Shown here in pieces: positions 35,281-46,389 of a DNA stretch of 64,000 nucleotides. The notes beneath the pieces were generated by a model. It was not told the DNA's origin. It made no database searches and worked only from the letters and a program-made list of their open reading frames with translations. The DNA is from Heterodontus francisci (lineage: Eukaryota): assembly GCF_036365525.1 (NCBI RefSeq), contig NC_090399.1, forward strand, positions 66,582,862 through 66,646,861. The letters are read 5' to 3'. Position 1 is the first letter of the stretch. Each line of letters begins with the position of its first letter. Made by a program: the position numbers and the translations under genes.

Positions 35281-36750
35281 TGTCAGAGTAAGGGTGGTCC
35301 CTCAGTTCAGTGATGTCTCCCCGCTGATTCTCCCCCAGGCTGTAAGGAGATGTCAGAGTAAGGGTGGTCCCACGGTTCAGTGATGTCTGTCTGCTGATTC
35401 TCCCCCAGGCTGTAAGGAGATGTCAGAGTAAGGGTGGTCCCACGGTTCAGTGATGTCTCCCTGCTGATTCTCCCCCAGGCTGTAAGGAGATGTCAGAGTA
35501 AGGGTGGTCCCACGGTTCAATGATGTCTCTCTGCTGATTCTCCCCCAGGCTGCAAGGAGATGTCAGAGTAAGGGTGGTCCCACGGTTCAGTGATGTCTCT
35601 CTGCTGATTCTCCCCCAGGCTGTAAGGAGATGTCAGAGTAAGGGTGGTCTCTCGGTTCAGTGATGTCTCTCTGCTGATTCTCCCCCAGGCTGCAAGGAGA
35701 TGTCAGAGTAAGGGTGGTCCCACGGTTCAGTGATGTCTCTCTGCTGATTCTCCTCCAGGCTGTAAGGAGATGTCAGAGTAAGGGTGGTCTCTCGGTTCAG
35801 TGATGTCTCCCTGCTGATTCTCCCCCAGGCTGTAAGGAGATGTCAGAGTAAGGGTGGTCCCACGGTTCAGTGATGTCTCTCTGCTGATTCTCCCCCAGGC
35901 TGTAAGGAGATGTCAGAGTAAGGGTGGTCCCTCAGTTCAATGATGTCTCTCTGCTGATTCTCCCCCAGGCTGTAAGGAGATGTCAGAGTAAGGGTGGTCC
36001 CACGGTTCAGTGATGTCTCTCTGCTGATTCTCCCCCAGGCTGTAAGGAGATGTCAGAGTAAGGGTGGTCCCTCAGTTCAATGATGTCTCTCTGCTGATTC
36101 TCCCCCAGGCTGTAAGGAGATGTCAGAGTAAGGGTGGTCTCTCGGTTCAGTGATGTCTCCCTGCTGATTCTCCCCCAGGCTGTAAGGAGATGTCAGAGTA
36201 AGGGTGGTCCCTCAGTTCAGTGATGTCTCTCTGCTGATTCTCCCCCAGGCTGTAAGGAGATGTCAGAGTAAGGGTGGTCCCTCAGTTCAGTGATGTCTCT
36301 CTGCTGATTCTCCCCCAGGCTGTAAGGAGATGTCAGAGTAAGGGTGGTCCCTCAGTTCAATGATGTCTCTCTGCTGATTCTCCCCCAGGCTGTAAGGAGA
36401 TGTCAGAGTAAGGGTGGTCTCTCGGTTCAGTGATGTCTCCCTGCTGATTCTCCCCCAGGCTGTAAGGAGATGTCAGAGTAAGGGTGGTCCCTCAGTTCAG
36501 TGATGTCTCTCTGCTGATTCTCCCCCAGGCTGTAAGGAGATGTCAGAGTAAGGGTGGTCCCTCAGTTCAATGATGTCTCCCTGCTGATTCTCCCCCAGGC
36601 TGTAAGGAGATGTCAGAGTAAGGGTGGTCCCACGGTTCAGTGATGTCTCCCTGCTGATTCTCCTCCAGGCTGTAAGGAGATGTCAGAGTAAGGGTGGTCC
36701 CTCGGTTCAGTGATGTCTCCCTGCTGATTCTCCTCCAGGCTGTAAGGAGA
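35281..36750 (+). repeat. 70-bp tandem repeat, 21 copies (TGTCAGAGTAAGGGTGGTCCCACGGTTCAGTGATGTCTCTCTGCTGATTCTCCCCCAGGCTGTAAGGAGA)
   Basis: Units start at 35281, 35351, ... 36681 with exact period 70 and no indels. Confidence 0.98.
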
Positions 36751-37784
36751 TGGCGGGAGGTCCTCTTCCCCAGCGATGGAAAGAAGAGGTCCTCCTGCCT
36801 GACCAAGCCTGGACGGAGATCACAGAGGAGGTTAGTAACTGTTGGGTCACCTGTTGTATCTGGGTCCAGTTCAGGAAGAGGCTCAATGACCTCCTACACT
36901 CAACCAAGGTAAGTGGCACCTTTCGAAATTGATGGTGTGATCTGGTTGTCCATAAACATTCTGCCACCCGGGTGTCAGAGCTATTCCAAGAACAGGAAGG
37001 TCATAGCAGATTGATGGAAGATGACTGACTGCATATGTGAGACACGTCTCCCTCGTTTCTGACTTAGCCCTGGTGGGGCCCATGGCAGATTGAGTCAGTG
37101 TGATAGACGAGACATCCTCCCGGTGTTGATGAGGGGCCCAAGTGGAGACATTTGGAAATGTACAATATCTGCATCCTTGTCCTTTCAGAAAAGGGCCACA
37201 AGAGGAGGGAGGCGGCCAGGACTGGTGGGAGGGTGCCCGACCTGAGGCCTTTAACTCAGGCCATGGGGGTGTCCACCCAGACTATGACTGTTGTCATGTC
37301 ACAGTCATACGAGCGCATGGCTTCATCCATCGAGAGGTTGGCGACTCTCTTGGAGAGTCACATTCCACAGACAGGCCGTGACCTTTAAATCCTCGCCTTG
37401 GCCATGAGTTCAGATTCAGTGGTAGGATGCTCGAAGGACCAGGAGCATGGAGAGTTTTCCTGCTCCAATCCATTTCTGGTGAGCAGGGAGGTCCCAACAA
37501 GCCTCGAGAGGGAGGAGGAGAGGATGCCCTCCACATCTGGGGTCTCCCCTCAGGGTGCTCCAAGTGTGGACACCGGCTCCTCAGCCCCTCTGCCAGTGAG
37601 TCCAGCTCCAGCAGTCGCGATGCCAGAGGACAGCCCTGCACTGGGGCAGGAGACCCGCAGACAGCCGGGACTATCCAGGCCTCAGACGCACAGAGGACAC
37701 CCACCGAAGACATCCCAGGCCAAGGGGCATCCTGATCAGCAGCCTGCCTCCAGTCCAGCTGCTCGGGCAGGGGTAACACAGTGA
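36681..37784 (+). pseudogene. Harbinger Myb/SANT-like DNA-binding protein pseudogene (two exons, frameshifted)
   Basis: Exon 1 reads RVVPRFSDVSLLILLQAVRRWREVLFPSDGKKR, then after a frameshift AWTEITEEVSNCWVTCCIWVQFRKRLNDLL (trihelix W...W..RKR.NDL). Donor GTAAGT at 36909, acceptor cctttcAG at 37188. Exon 2 begins KGHKRREAARTGGRVPDLRPLT (TGGG-like motif) and has a Pro/Ser-rich tail. Confidence 0.8.
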
Positions 37785-38149
37785 AAGATCACCCACAAAC
37801 GTATGTAAAAAAAAAACACCGAGACACAAATGAATATTCATGGGTGAGACAGATAGGTCAATATTAACTTGAATTCAATGTTATTTAGTGCCAATCATCA
37901 ACCTTCATTGTTTGAAAAACACATTACACCATGGTGTAATTGTCACTCTTGAAATCATCAGTCTGATAGCATTATCAATGTGACCACTAATATCATTCTC
38001 ATGGTAATGAGTGTGATGTTTCATTGCATGAATGATGTCACATGGGCCTTGGATCACATTGTTGCTGCCCTTCATTCTGGAGAGACAGTACAGAGGCGGG
38101 AGATGTGAGATTACATGCATGACCGTGAGGATTTTGCACATTCATACTT

Positions 38150-39120
38150 ATTGATTTTGAAAAGGTGAGATTTTCAGGTTGTCCCTTGCCCATTGCTCCC
38201 CATGTCTGGTCTCCATCACTGTGCTCTGATCGTTCCATTGCTCCTTGGCCATGTCTGTCCTCAGTGTCCTCTTCATCAGAGGATGTCTGATGCTCTCTCA
38301 TGTCTTCCTCATGCAAGGTCTCCCCCCCCCCCTCTCTAATGCAATATTATGTAGAAGGTAACAGACCACCATAATAGGCACAACCCTCTCTGGGGCAGAC
38401 TGAAGGGCTCCACCAGATCTATTGAGCCATGGGAACCTCATCTTCAGCAGACCAATGGCCTGCTCGATAGTCACACGGGTGGAGCCGTCACAAGCGTTGT
38501 AATGTTTCTGTTCATCGTTGCGAGGGTTTCTAACTAGCATCAGAAGCTGTGTCTTCAAGGGGTAGCCCTTATCCCGGAGAATCCACCCTGAAGGTGAGCG
38601 GGAAACTGAAAAGATCTCTGGAACGGTATGTATGAGTCGTGACAGCTTCCCGGGATGCAGACACACTTGCAGGAATTGCTGTTGGTGGTTGCAATTCAGT
38701 TCCATGTTGATCAAATGGAACTTCTTCCTGTTGATAAAGGCGGCTGGTTGGTCCATGGGAGACTTGATGGTCACATGTGTGCAGTCAATTACACCTTGGA
38801 CCTGTGGGAATCCCACAATGGCTCTAAATCCCATAGCCCTCTCGGCCTAGCTCTCAGGGTCTGTCCTGTAGTGGATAGAAGGTGAACACTAAAACCCATG
38901 GGTCACAGTTCTTCAGTAAGGAGTCTGCAGATGCTCTCTCTGGACAGCGGCAGCTTTCTCTGACAGTTTTACACCAACATCTGCAGGTATGTTGACTGAG
39001 TCCTGAACACTCACTGGTGTATTTTCACTCTAGTTTGCCTTGGCAGCTGCAGCTGTTCACATCCAGGAATGTCTTCCAGAAGAACAGCAGCCCCTTGGGC
39101 CCACATCCAGTGGAGGCAGC
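38150..39120 (-). pseudogene. Harbinger (HARBI1-like, DDE_Tnp_4) transposase pseudogene
   Basis: ORF 38298-38834 contains GFPQVQGVIDCTHV, FINRKKFH, WILRDKGYPL, RVTIEQAIGLLKMRF, SGGALQ and LHNIAL. Upstream, a stop-riddled N-terminal part (VFRTQSTYLQM...LSRE..CRLLTEEL*PMGF) is joined after an internal deletion. An acidic tail (SSDEED) lies in a shifted frame. Confidence 0.9.
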
Positions 39121-39127
39121 TCAACAC

Positions 39128-42100
39128 AGCAGAGTTCCCCCCAGCGGGTCAAACACAATACCCTGGCAGAGTTCACCCCTCTTCATACACAATCCCCTTG
39201 CAGATTTCACCCCCTTCAAACACAATCTCCTTGCAGATTTCCCCCCCCCCCCGTCAAACACAATCCCCTTGCAGATTTCAACCCCTTCAAACACAATCTC
39301 CTTGCAGAGTTCACCCCACTTCAAACACAATCCCCTTGCAGAGATCCCCCCCCCCCGTCAAACACAATCTCCTTGCAGATTTCACCCCTCTTCAAACACA
39401 ATCTCCTTGCAGATTTCACCCACTTCAAACAGAATCTCCTTGCAGAGTTCACCCCTCTTCAAACACAATCTCCTTGCAGATTTCACCCCTCTTCAAACAC
39501 AATCTCCTTGCAGATTTCACCCACTTCAAACACAATCTCCTTGCAGAGTTCACCCCTCTTCAAACACAATCTCCTTGCAGAGTTCACCCCTCTTCATACA
39601 CAATCTCCTTGCAGATTTCACCCCTCTTCAAACACAATCTCCTTGCAGAGTTCACCCCTCTTCAAACACAATCTCCTTGCAGATTTCACCCACATCAAAC
39701 ACAATCTCCTTGCAGAGTTCACCCCTCTTCAAACACAATCTCCTTGCAGATTTCACCCCTCTTCAAACACAATCTCCTTGCAGATTTCACCCCTCTTCAA
39801 ACACAATCTCCTTGCAGATTTCACCCCTCTTCAAACACAATCTCCTTGCAGATTTCACCCACTTCAAACACAATCTCCTTGCAGAGTTCACCCCTCTTCA
39901 AACACAATCTCCTTGCAGATTTCACCCCCTTCAAACACAATCTCCTTGCAGATTTCACCCACTTCAAACACAATCTCCTTGCAGAGTTCACCCCTCTTCA
40001 AACACAATCTCCTTGCAGATTTCACCCCCTTCAAACACAATCTCCTTGCAGATTTCACCCTCTTCAAACACAATCCCCTTGCAGATTTCCCCCCCGTCAA
40101 ACACAATCTCCTTGCAGATTTCACCCACTTCAAACACAATCTCCTTGCAGAGTTCACCCCTCTTCAAACACAATCTCCTTGCAGATTTCACCCCTCTTCA
40201 AACACAATCTCCTTGCAGATTTCACCCCCTTCAAACACAATCTCCTTGCAGATTTCACCCGCTTCAAACACAATCTCCTTGCAGAGTTCACCCCTCTTCA
40301 AACACAATCCCCTTGCAGATTTCCCCCCCGTCAAACACAATCTCCTTGCAGATTTCACCCACTTCAAACACAATCTACTTGCAGATTTCACCCACTTCAA
40401 ACACAATCTACTTGCAGATTTCACCCACTTCAAACACAATCTCCTTGCAGAGTTCACCCCTCTTCAAACACAATCTCCTTGCAGAGTTCACCCCTCTTCA
40501 AACACAATCTCCTTACAGAGATCCCCCCCGTCAAACACAATCTTCTTGCTGATTTCCCCCCCGTCAAACACAATCCCCTTGCAGATTTCACCCCCTTCAA
40601 ACACCATCCCTTGCAGATTTCCCCCCCCTTCAAACACCATCCCTTGCAGAGTTCACCCCACTTCAAACACAATCTCCTTGCAGAGTTCACCCCTCTTCAA
40701 ACACAATCTCCTTGCAGATTTCACCCCCTTCAAACACAATCCCCTTGCAGATTTCACCCCCTTCAAACACAATCTCCTTACAGAGTTCACCCCCTTCAAA
40801 CACAATCTCCTTACAGAGTTCACCCCCTTCAAACACAATCTCCTTGCAGAGTTCAAGCCCTTCAAACACAATCTCCTTGCAGAGTTCATCCCCGTCAAAC
40901 ACAATCTCCTTGCAGATTTCACCCCCTTCAAACACAATCCCCTTCCAGAGTTCCCCCCCCGTCAAACACAATCTCCTTGCAGATTTCACCCCGTCAAACA
41001 CAATCTCCTTGCAGAGTTCACCCCGTCAAACACAATCCCCTTCCAGAGTTCCCCCCCGTCAAACACAATCTCCTTGCAGATTTCACCCCGTCAAACACAA
41101 TCCCCTTCCAGAGTTCCCCCCCGTCAAACACAATCTCCTTGCAGAGTTCACCCCTTTCAAACACAATCTCCTTGCAGAGTTCACCCCCTTCAAACACAAT
41201 CTCCTTGCAGTGTTCCCCCACTTCAAAGACAATCCCCTTGCACAGTTCACCCCCTTCAAACACAATCTCCTTGCAGAGTTCCTCACCCCTTCAAACACAA
41301 TCCCCTTGCAGTGTTCCCCCACTTCAAACACAATCCCCTTGCACAGTTCACCCCCTTCAAACACAATCTCCTTGTAGATTTCACCCCGTCAAACACAATC
41401 TCCTTGCAGACTTCACCCCGTCAAACACAATCCCCTTCCAGAGTTCTCCCCCGTCAAACACAATCTCCTTGCAGATTTCACCCCGTCAAACACAATCCCC
41501 TTCCAGAGTTCCCCCCCGTCAAACACAATCTCCTTGCAGAGTTCACCCCTTTCAAACACAATCTCCTTGCAGAGTTCACCCCCTTCAAACACAATCTCCT
41601 TGCAGAGTTCACCCCCTTCAAACACAATCTCCTTGCAGATTTCACCCCTCTTCAAACACCATCTCCTTGCAGAGTTCACCCCCTTCAAACACAATCTCCT
41701 TGCAGAGTTCACCCCCTTCAAACACAATCTCCTTGCAGAGTTCACCCCTCTTCAAACACAATCTCCTTGCAGAGTTCACCCCGTCAAACACAATCTCCTT
41801 GCAGATTTCACCCCTCTTCAAACACAATCTCCTTGCAGAGTTCACCCCTCTTCAAACACAAACTCCTTGCAGATTTCACCCACTTCAAACACAATCTCCT
41901 TGCAGAGTTCACCCCTCTTCAAACACAATCTCCTTGCCGATTTCACCCACTTCAAACACAATCTCCTTGCAGAGTTCACCCCGTCAAACACAATCCCCTT
42001 GCACATTTCACCCCTCTTCAAACACAATCTCCTTGCAGATTTCACCCACTTCAAACACAATCTCCTTGCAGAGTTCACCCCCTTCAAACACAATCTCCTT

Positions 42101-42378
42101 GCAGAGTTCACCCCACTTCAAACACCATCCCTTACAGAGTTCACCCCACTTCAAACACAATCCCCTTGCAGATTTCCCCCCCTTCAAACACCATCCCTTG
42201 CAGATTTCCCCCCCATTCAACCACAATCCCCTTGCAGAGTTCACCCTCTTCAAACACAATCCCCTTGCAGAGTTCACCCTCTTCAAACACAATCCCCTTG
42301 CAGAGTTCCCCCCATTCAAACACAATCCCCTTGCAGAGTTCACCCTCTTCAAACACAATCCTCTTGCAGATTTCTCCT
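39128..42378 (+). repeat. 33-bp C-rich satellite, array 1 (TTCAAACACAATC(T/C)CCTTGCAGA(G/T)TTCACCCCC), ~97 units
   Basis: 11-aa periodicity (FKHNLLAEFTP) in the ORF track; units of 32-34 bp. Lies between the transposase start and the Harbinger right end. Confidence 0.97.
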
Positions 42379-42553
42379 CATGATGATGCCATCATGTCGG
42401 ATTATCAGTTTTGTCATGGTGCTTCCCACCTCTAACAAAATTGGAAATGAGCGTGACAGCGGCGGGTTCCGTGGGAGGGGCTCTGCCGGAATTCTCCAGC
42501 TTCCCCCAAGCCAACATTCCCACTTTCTACTGGAGCATAAAATTCATCCTTAA
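42379..42553 (+). mobile_element. Harbinger right subterminal/terminal segment plus TAA (copy 1)
   Basis: Ends AAAATTCATCCT|TAA; repeated at 56090-56264 and 63172-63346. Confidence 0.65.
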
Positions 42554-43948
42554 GTTTTGTTAACCTGTGTCATTAACATTGGGATGGTGTAGGGAGTATT
42601 CACTTCTGTTTTAATAAAAAGGGAACTGCACTTTGTGTCTGAGTTTCTCTCTCTCCACTCAGTCACTTGTTTAAGTTGAGTCTGACAGGGTCAATGAGTA
42701 AAGCCTACACTGGGGATTGTCTCTGATTCCCTGCCTGGTGTGGGGCTCTGCGATATCACCCAGTCAGTAGCTGAGCCCAGTGACAATCCCCCGTCTGCAA
42801 TATCCCAACAGTGAACTCCTCTCTTCCCCTTTCTCTGTTAGAAAGAGGCTAACACAAACTAAAGCTGGGGTTTAATCTCAGTGATGGGAACCAGAAGTTG
42901 CTGCCAATGGTTCCCCTGGGAACTGAAGCTAGAAAGATCTGAGATTTAACAGAGTCCTGGAGTGTTCCTCACCCTGAACTACACGGAGACAGTAATGATC
43001 CAGGGACAATTCCCTTCACTTGGCAGCCTATATGATTGGATCTGTTGAACAAGGAGAGGCAGATTAAACTCTCGCTCCGTTCTATCCATTTATATTGTGT
43101 TCTCAATGTCACACCTGATACTTTCTGCCTCTACTGCAAAATGTCCACAATAGAACATCAGGATTAACAGTCACAGGGTGATGGAAATCTCTTCACACAA
43201 CTGTTGAAAATCTCCTGAATATAAAGCAAAGCAGAACAAGAGCCTCAAATCCCAGTGGCCCCTGTGAATTAATATTAAATATGATGTGATATTTAGGACA
43301 GCTCCATATAAAGAAAGGGAACATGTTGAAGGAGTGTAAAGCAAGAATTTAAACTCCACACATCCTTGTAGGAACTGTGACAATTAAAGACACTACTGGA
43401 GTCATTGAGAGCCAGACACTGCAGTGTAGGAGCAGAATGGGAAAGGGGAAAGGGAGAGATCAATGGTTCATATAAATCAGGGATAAGAAACACACACAGG
43501 ATCCAGATATAGATTGTGAACTCTATCCCTGACAGTCAGACTCTAGTGACCTGATTGGAGAGAGTTTAGGTACATGTTGACAGAACACGGGCTTACAGAT
43601 CCCTAAATGTGTCCAAATGTCCGTCCCACTGGAGTTTACCCTGCGTCCAGGGACCATTTCCCAGTACAGGGAACTGGGATGGTTCCCACTGATTCAGTCT
43701 CCAGGTAATGATGTCTCCAGTGACTGTCCTCCCAAGACACAGAGCTTCCCCCTTTAGCAATAAGATGGATAAACTACCTTCAGTGTGGTGGGTGAGGTTA
43801 CACAGGGCCAGTGACAGGGTTTCAGCCCATTCGATGTTCTCAATGTTTAAATCCAGTGTCAGTAACCAGGCTGACTCAACCACCAACTACAACATGGGAA
43901 ATACATTGTTCCATATCAGGGGCTTTAACAGAGGGATCCTCACCCTGG

Positions 43949-45171
43949 TATAAAAGCAAAATACTGCGGATGCTGGAAATCTGAAACAAAAACAAGAAAT
44001 GCTGGAATCACTCAGCAGGTCTGGCAGCATCTGTGGAAAGAGAAGCAGAGTTAACGTTTCGGGTCAGTGACCCTTCTTCGGAACTGACAAATATTAGAAA
44101 AGTCACAGATTATAAACAAGTGAGGTGGGGGTTGGGCAAGAGATAACAAAGGAGAAGGTGCAGATTGGACCAGGCCACATAGCTGACCAAAAGGTCATGG
44201 AGCAAAGGCAAACAATATGTTAATGGTGTGTTGAAAGACAAAGCATTAGTACAGATTAGGTGTGAATATACTGAATATTGAACAGCAGCAAGTGCAAACC
44301 TGAAGAAAAACAACCTGAAAAAAACAGTGGGTAAGCAAACTGAACAAACTAAGATGAAATGAAATAAATGCAAAAAAAGATTGTAAAAAATGTAAAAAGG
44401 AATGTACAAAAAAAGGAAGAAAAAAAAAAAAACTAAAAATGACTAAAACTGAAAGTAAAATGGGGGGCTGTCATGCTCTGAAATTATTGAACTCAATGTT
44501 CAGTCCGGCAGGCTGTAGTGTGCCTAATCGGTAGATGAGATGCTGTTCCTCGAGCTTGTGTTGATGTTCACTGGAACACTGCAGCAATCCCAGGACGAGA
44601 TGTGAGCATGAGAGCAGGGGGGAGTGTTGAAATGGCAAGCAACCGGAAGCTCAGGGTCCTGCTTGCGGACTGAGCGGAGATGTTCCGCAAAGCGGTCACC
44701 CAGTCTGCGCTTGGTCTCCCCAATGTAGAGGAGACCACACTGTGAGCAGCGAATACAGTATACTACATTGAAAGAAGTACAAGTAAATCGCTGCTTCACC
44801 TGAAAGGAGTGTTTGGGGCCTGGGATAGTGAGGAGAGAGGAGGGAAATGGGCAGGTATTACACCTCCTGCGATTGCAAGGGAAGGTGCCCTGGGACGGGG
44901 ACGAGGTGGTGGGGGTAATGGAGGAGTGGACCAGGGTGTCGCGGAGGGAACGATCCCTTTGGAATGCTGACAGGGGAAGGGAGGGGAAGATGCGACTGGT
45001 AGTGGCATCACGCTGGAGGTGGCGAAAATGGCGGAGGATGATCCTTTGGATATGGAGGCTGGTGGGATGAAAAGTGAGGACAAGGGGAACCCTGTCACGG
45101 TTCTGGGAGGGAGGGGAAGGGGTGAGGGTAGAGGTGCGGGGAATGGGTCGGACACGGTTGAGGACCCTGTC
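43949..45171 (-). mobile_element. 5'-truncated Penelope-like retroelement (GIY-YIG endonuclease C-terminus plus 3' pLTR), copy 1, frameshifted
   Basis: Peptide NVVYCIRCSQCGLLYIGETKRRLGDRFAEH...PVACHF. 11-bp target-site duplication CCTCACCCTGG at 43938-43948 and 45172-45182. A 1-nt deletion near 44596 relative to the other copy shifts the frame. Confidence 0.92.
44049..44085 (-). ncRNA. Minimal type I hammerhead ribozyme-like motif in the Penelope 3' end (U4C core variant)
   Basis: Minus strand AGTT-CCGAAGA-A-GGGTC(ACT)GACCC-GAAA-CG-TT-AACT. Helix I is AGTT/AACT, helix II GGGTC/GACCC, and helix III is the loopless palindrome ACGT, with predicted cleavage after GUU. Confidence 0.65.
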
Positions 45172-45967
45172 CCTCACCCTGGGATTGATTCTCCCTCCTG
45201 GTTACTGGATCACAGTCTGTTTTTACCCAGAGTCTTCCCTCTGTCAAACAATTTCCCTTTTTGTCTGAAATCTCCTTCAGAACTTGCTGGTGAATCTGGT
45301 AAATGGAGCAGAGGGACTCCTTCTACTGAGATCTCAGAGTTCACATCTACACATCTTCACTCAATTGTTTCTCAGCACCAGTAACAAGTTTCAAATGAAG
45401 TAAAGAAAACAACAATATGTTTAATTGTGGAACCAATTTTCCACAGAAAAATTACTTGTGTTACGGGGGTGTGTGGAATTTTTATAACACGGGACAGGGG
45501 CCTCAGAAAGCAGTAAGACTCCAGCTAAATGGACACTACTGGAAAATCTCTCACATTGTGAAATCCAGTTTAGATATCTTAGTTCTTTATCTTTGGTCCT
45601 TACCTTATCTTACACTATATTTATTCATTGGTCATTACTATTTCATCTGTTTTAAGTTATTTAAATTATACACACTAACTTGCATCGAGCACTAAAGGAC
45701 TAAACAAAATTTTAAACATTTACTGTCTCACGCTTACACAACCCAGTACAAGTGTTAAAGACAAAAAGCATCTCTTTTCCCCTCGACACTGAATTCCCAC
45801 TCTCACTAAATTCTAACCTTCCCTCTCAGTTTCCGTTGCAATCTGTGGTTACACTGTGTGTTCCAGCAGAAATCTTTTACTTTTATATCTCACTGAATCA
45901 CATCCAAGTTACAACTGTTCAGTCAGTTTCAGCACATTTACCCCCTATTCAGGCAATTACTTCCATC

Positions 45968-46160
45968 TGATTGACTGTTAACTGTTCATCTGACTTACAC
46001 TGTTTCCTGTTCACTGTTAACTTGAATAAACTGTTCACTGTTAACCTGAATAAACTGTTCACTGTACACCTGATTTATACTGTTCACCCGTCACCTGATT
46101 TATACTGTTCACCTGACTTATACTGTTCACCTGACTTATACTGTTCACCGGTCACCTGAC
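45968..46160 (+). repeat. AT-rich degenerate ~18-24-bp repeat (CTGTTCACTGTTAACCTGAATAAA / CTGTTCACCTGATTTATA)
   Basis: Short repeated units with different copy numbers in the paralogues at 51096-51328 and 59676-59875. Confidence 0.85.
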
Positions 46161-46389
46161 TTGCAGTTGTAAAAGTCTGATGTGAAATTCTAAATGTTCA
46201 GAGCAAATTTCAGTCTGACCTCCTCACCCACCACTTATTAAACATGAAACTTCCCACTCGGTTAATGTTCAGATCTGTGATTACACTGTGCTGTATCTGG
46301 GAGCTGATCCCATTCTTTAAATTTACAGGGATCTGATCCCATTCCTTTAATTCGCTGAGATCAGATCGCGTTCCTTTAACTTTCTGGGA

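Larger units (their letters stand above)
35130..42550. mobile_element. Decayed PIF/Harbinger DNA transposon inflated by two internal satellites
   Basis: Convergent Myb/SANT (+) and DDE transposase (-) pseudogenes, the standard two-gene Harbinger layout. The right end AAAATTCATCC(T/C) is followed by TAA, the typical Harbinger target trinucleotide. Left terminus not identified, so the start is approximate. Confidence 0.8.

Noticed and set aside
35281-36750. CRISPR-like appearance of regularly spaced repeats (also the 33-bp and 64-bp arrays)
   Set aside because: Head-to-tail tandem units with no unique spacers, no cas genes, and a vertebrate context.
39128-42378. Possible common origin of the 33-bp and 64-bp satellites (GGGGGTGAACT on the reverse strand versus GGGGGTGAGCT)
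   Set aside because: Similarity is limited to ~11 low-complexity bases, and the two arrays have different identifiable source contexts.
43593-43886. Minus-strand 97-aa ORF bounded by acceptor-like (ttcccatgttgtAG) and donor-like (GTAAG) sites, open in both duplicates
   Set aside because: No recognisable domain, and the phases (0/2) do not fit Ig or MHC domain exons. Conservation is explained by recent duplication. It would need transcript evidence.
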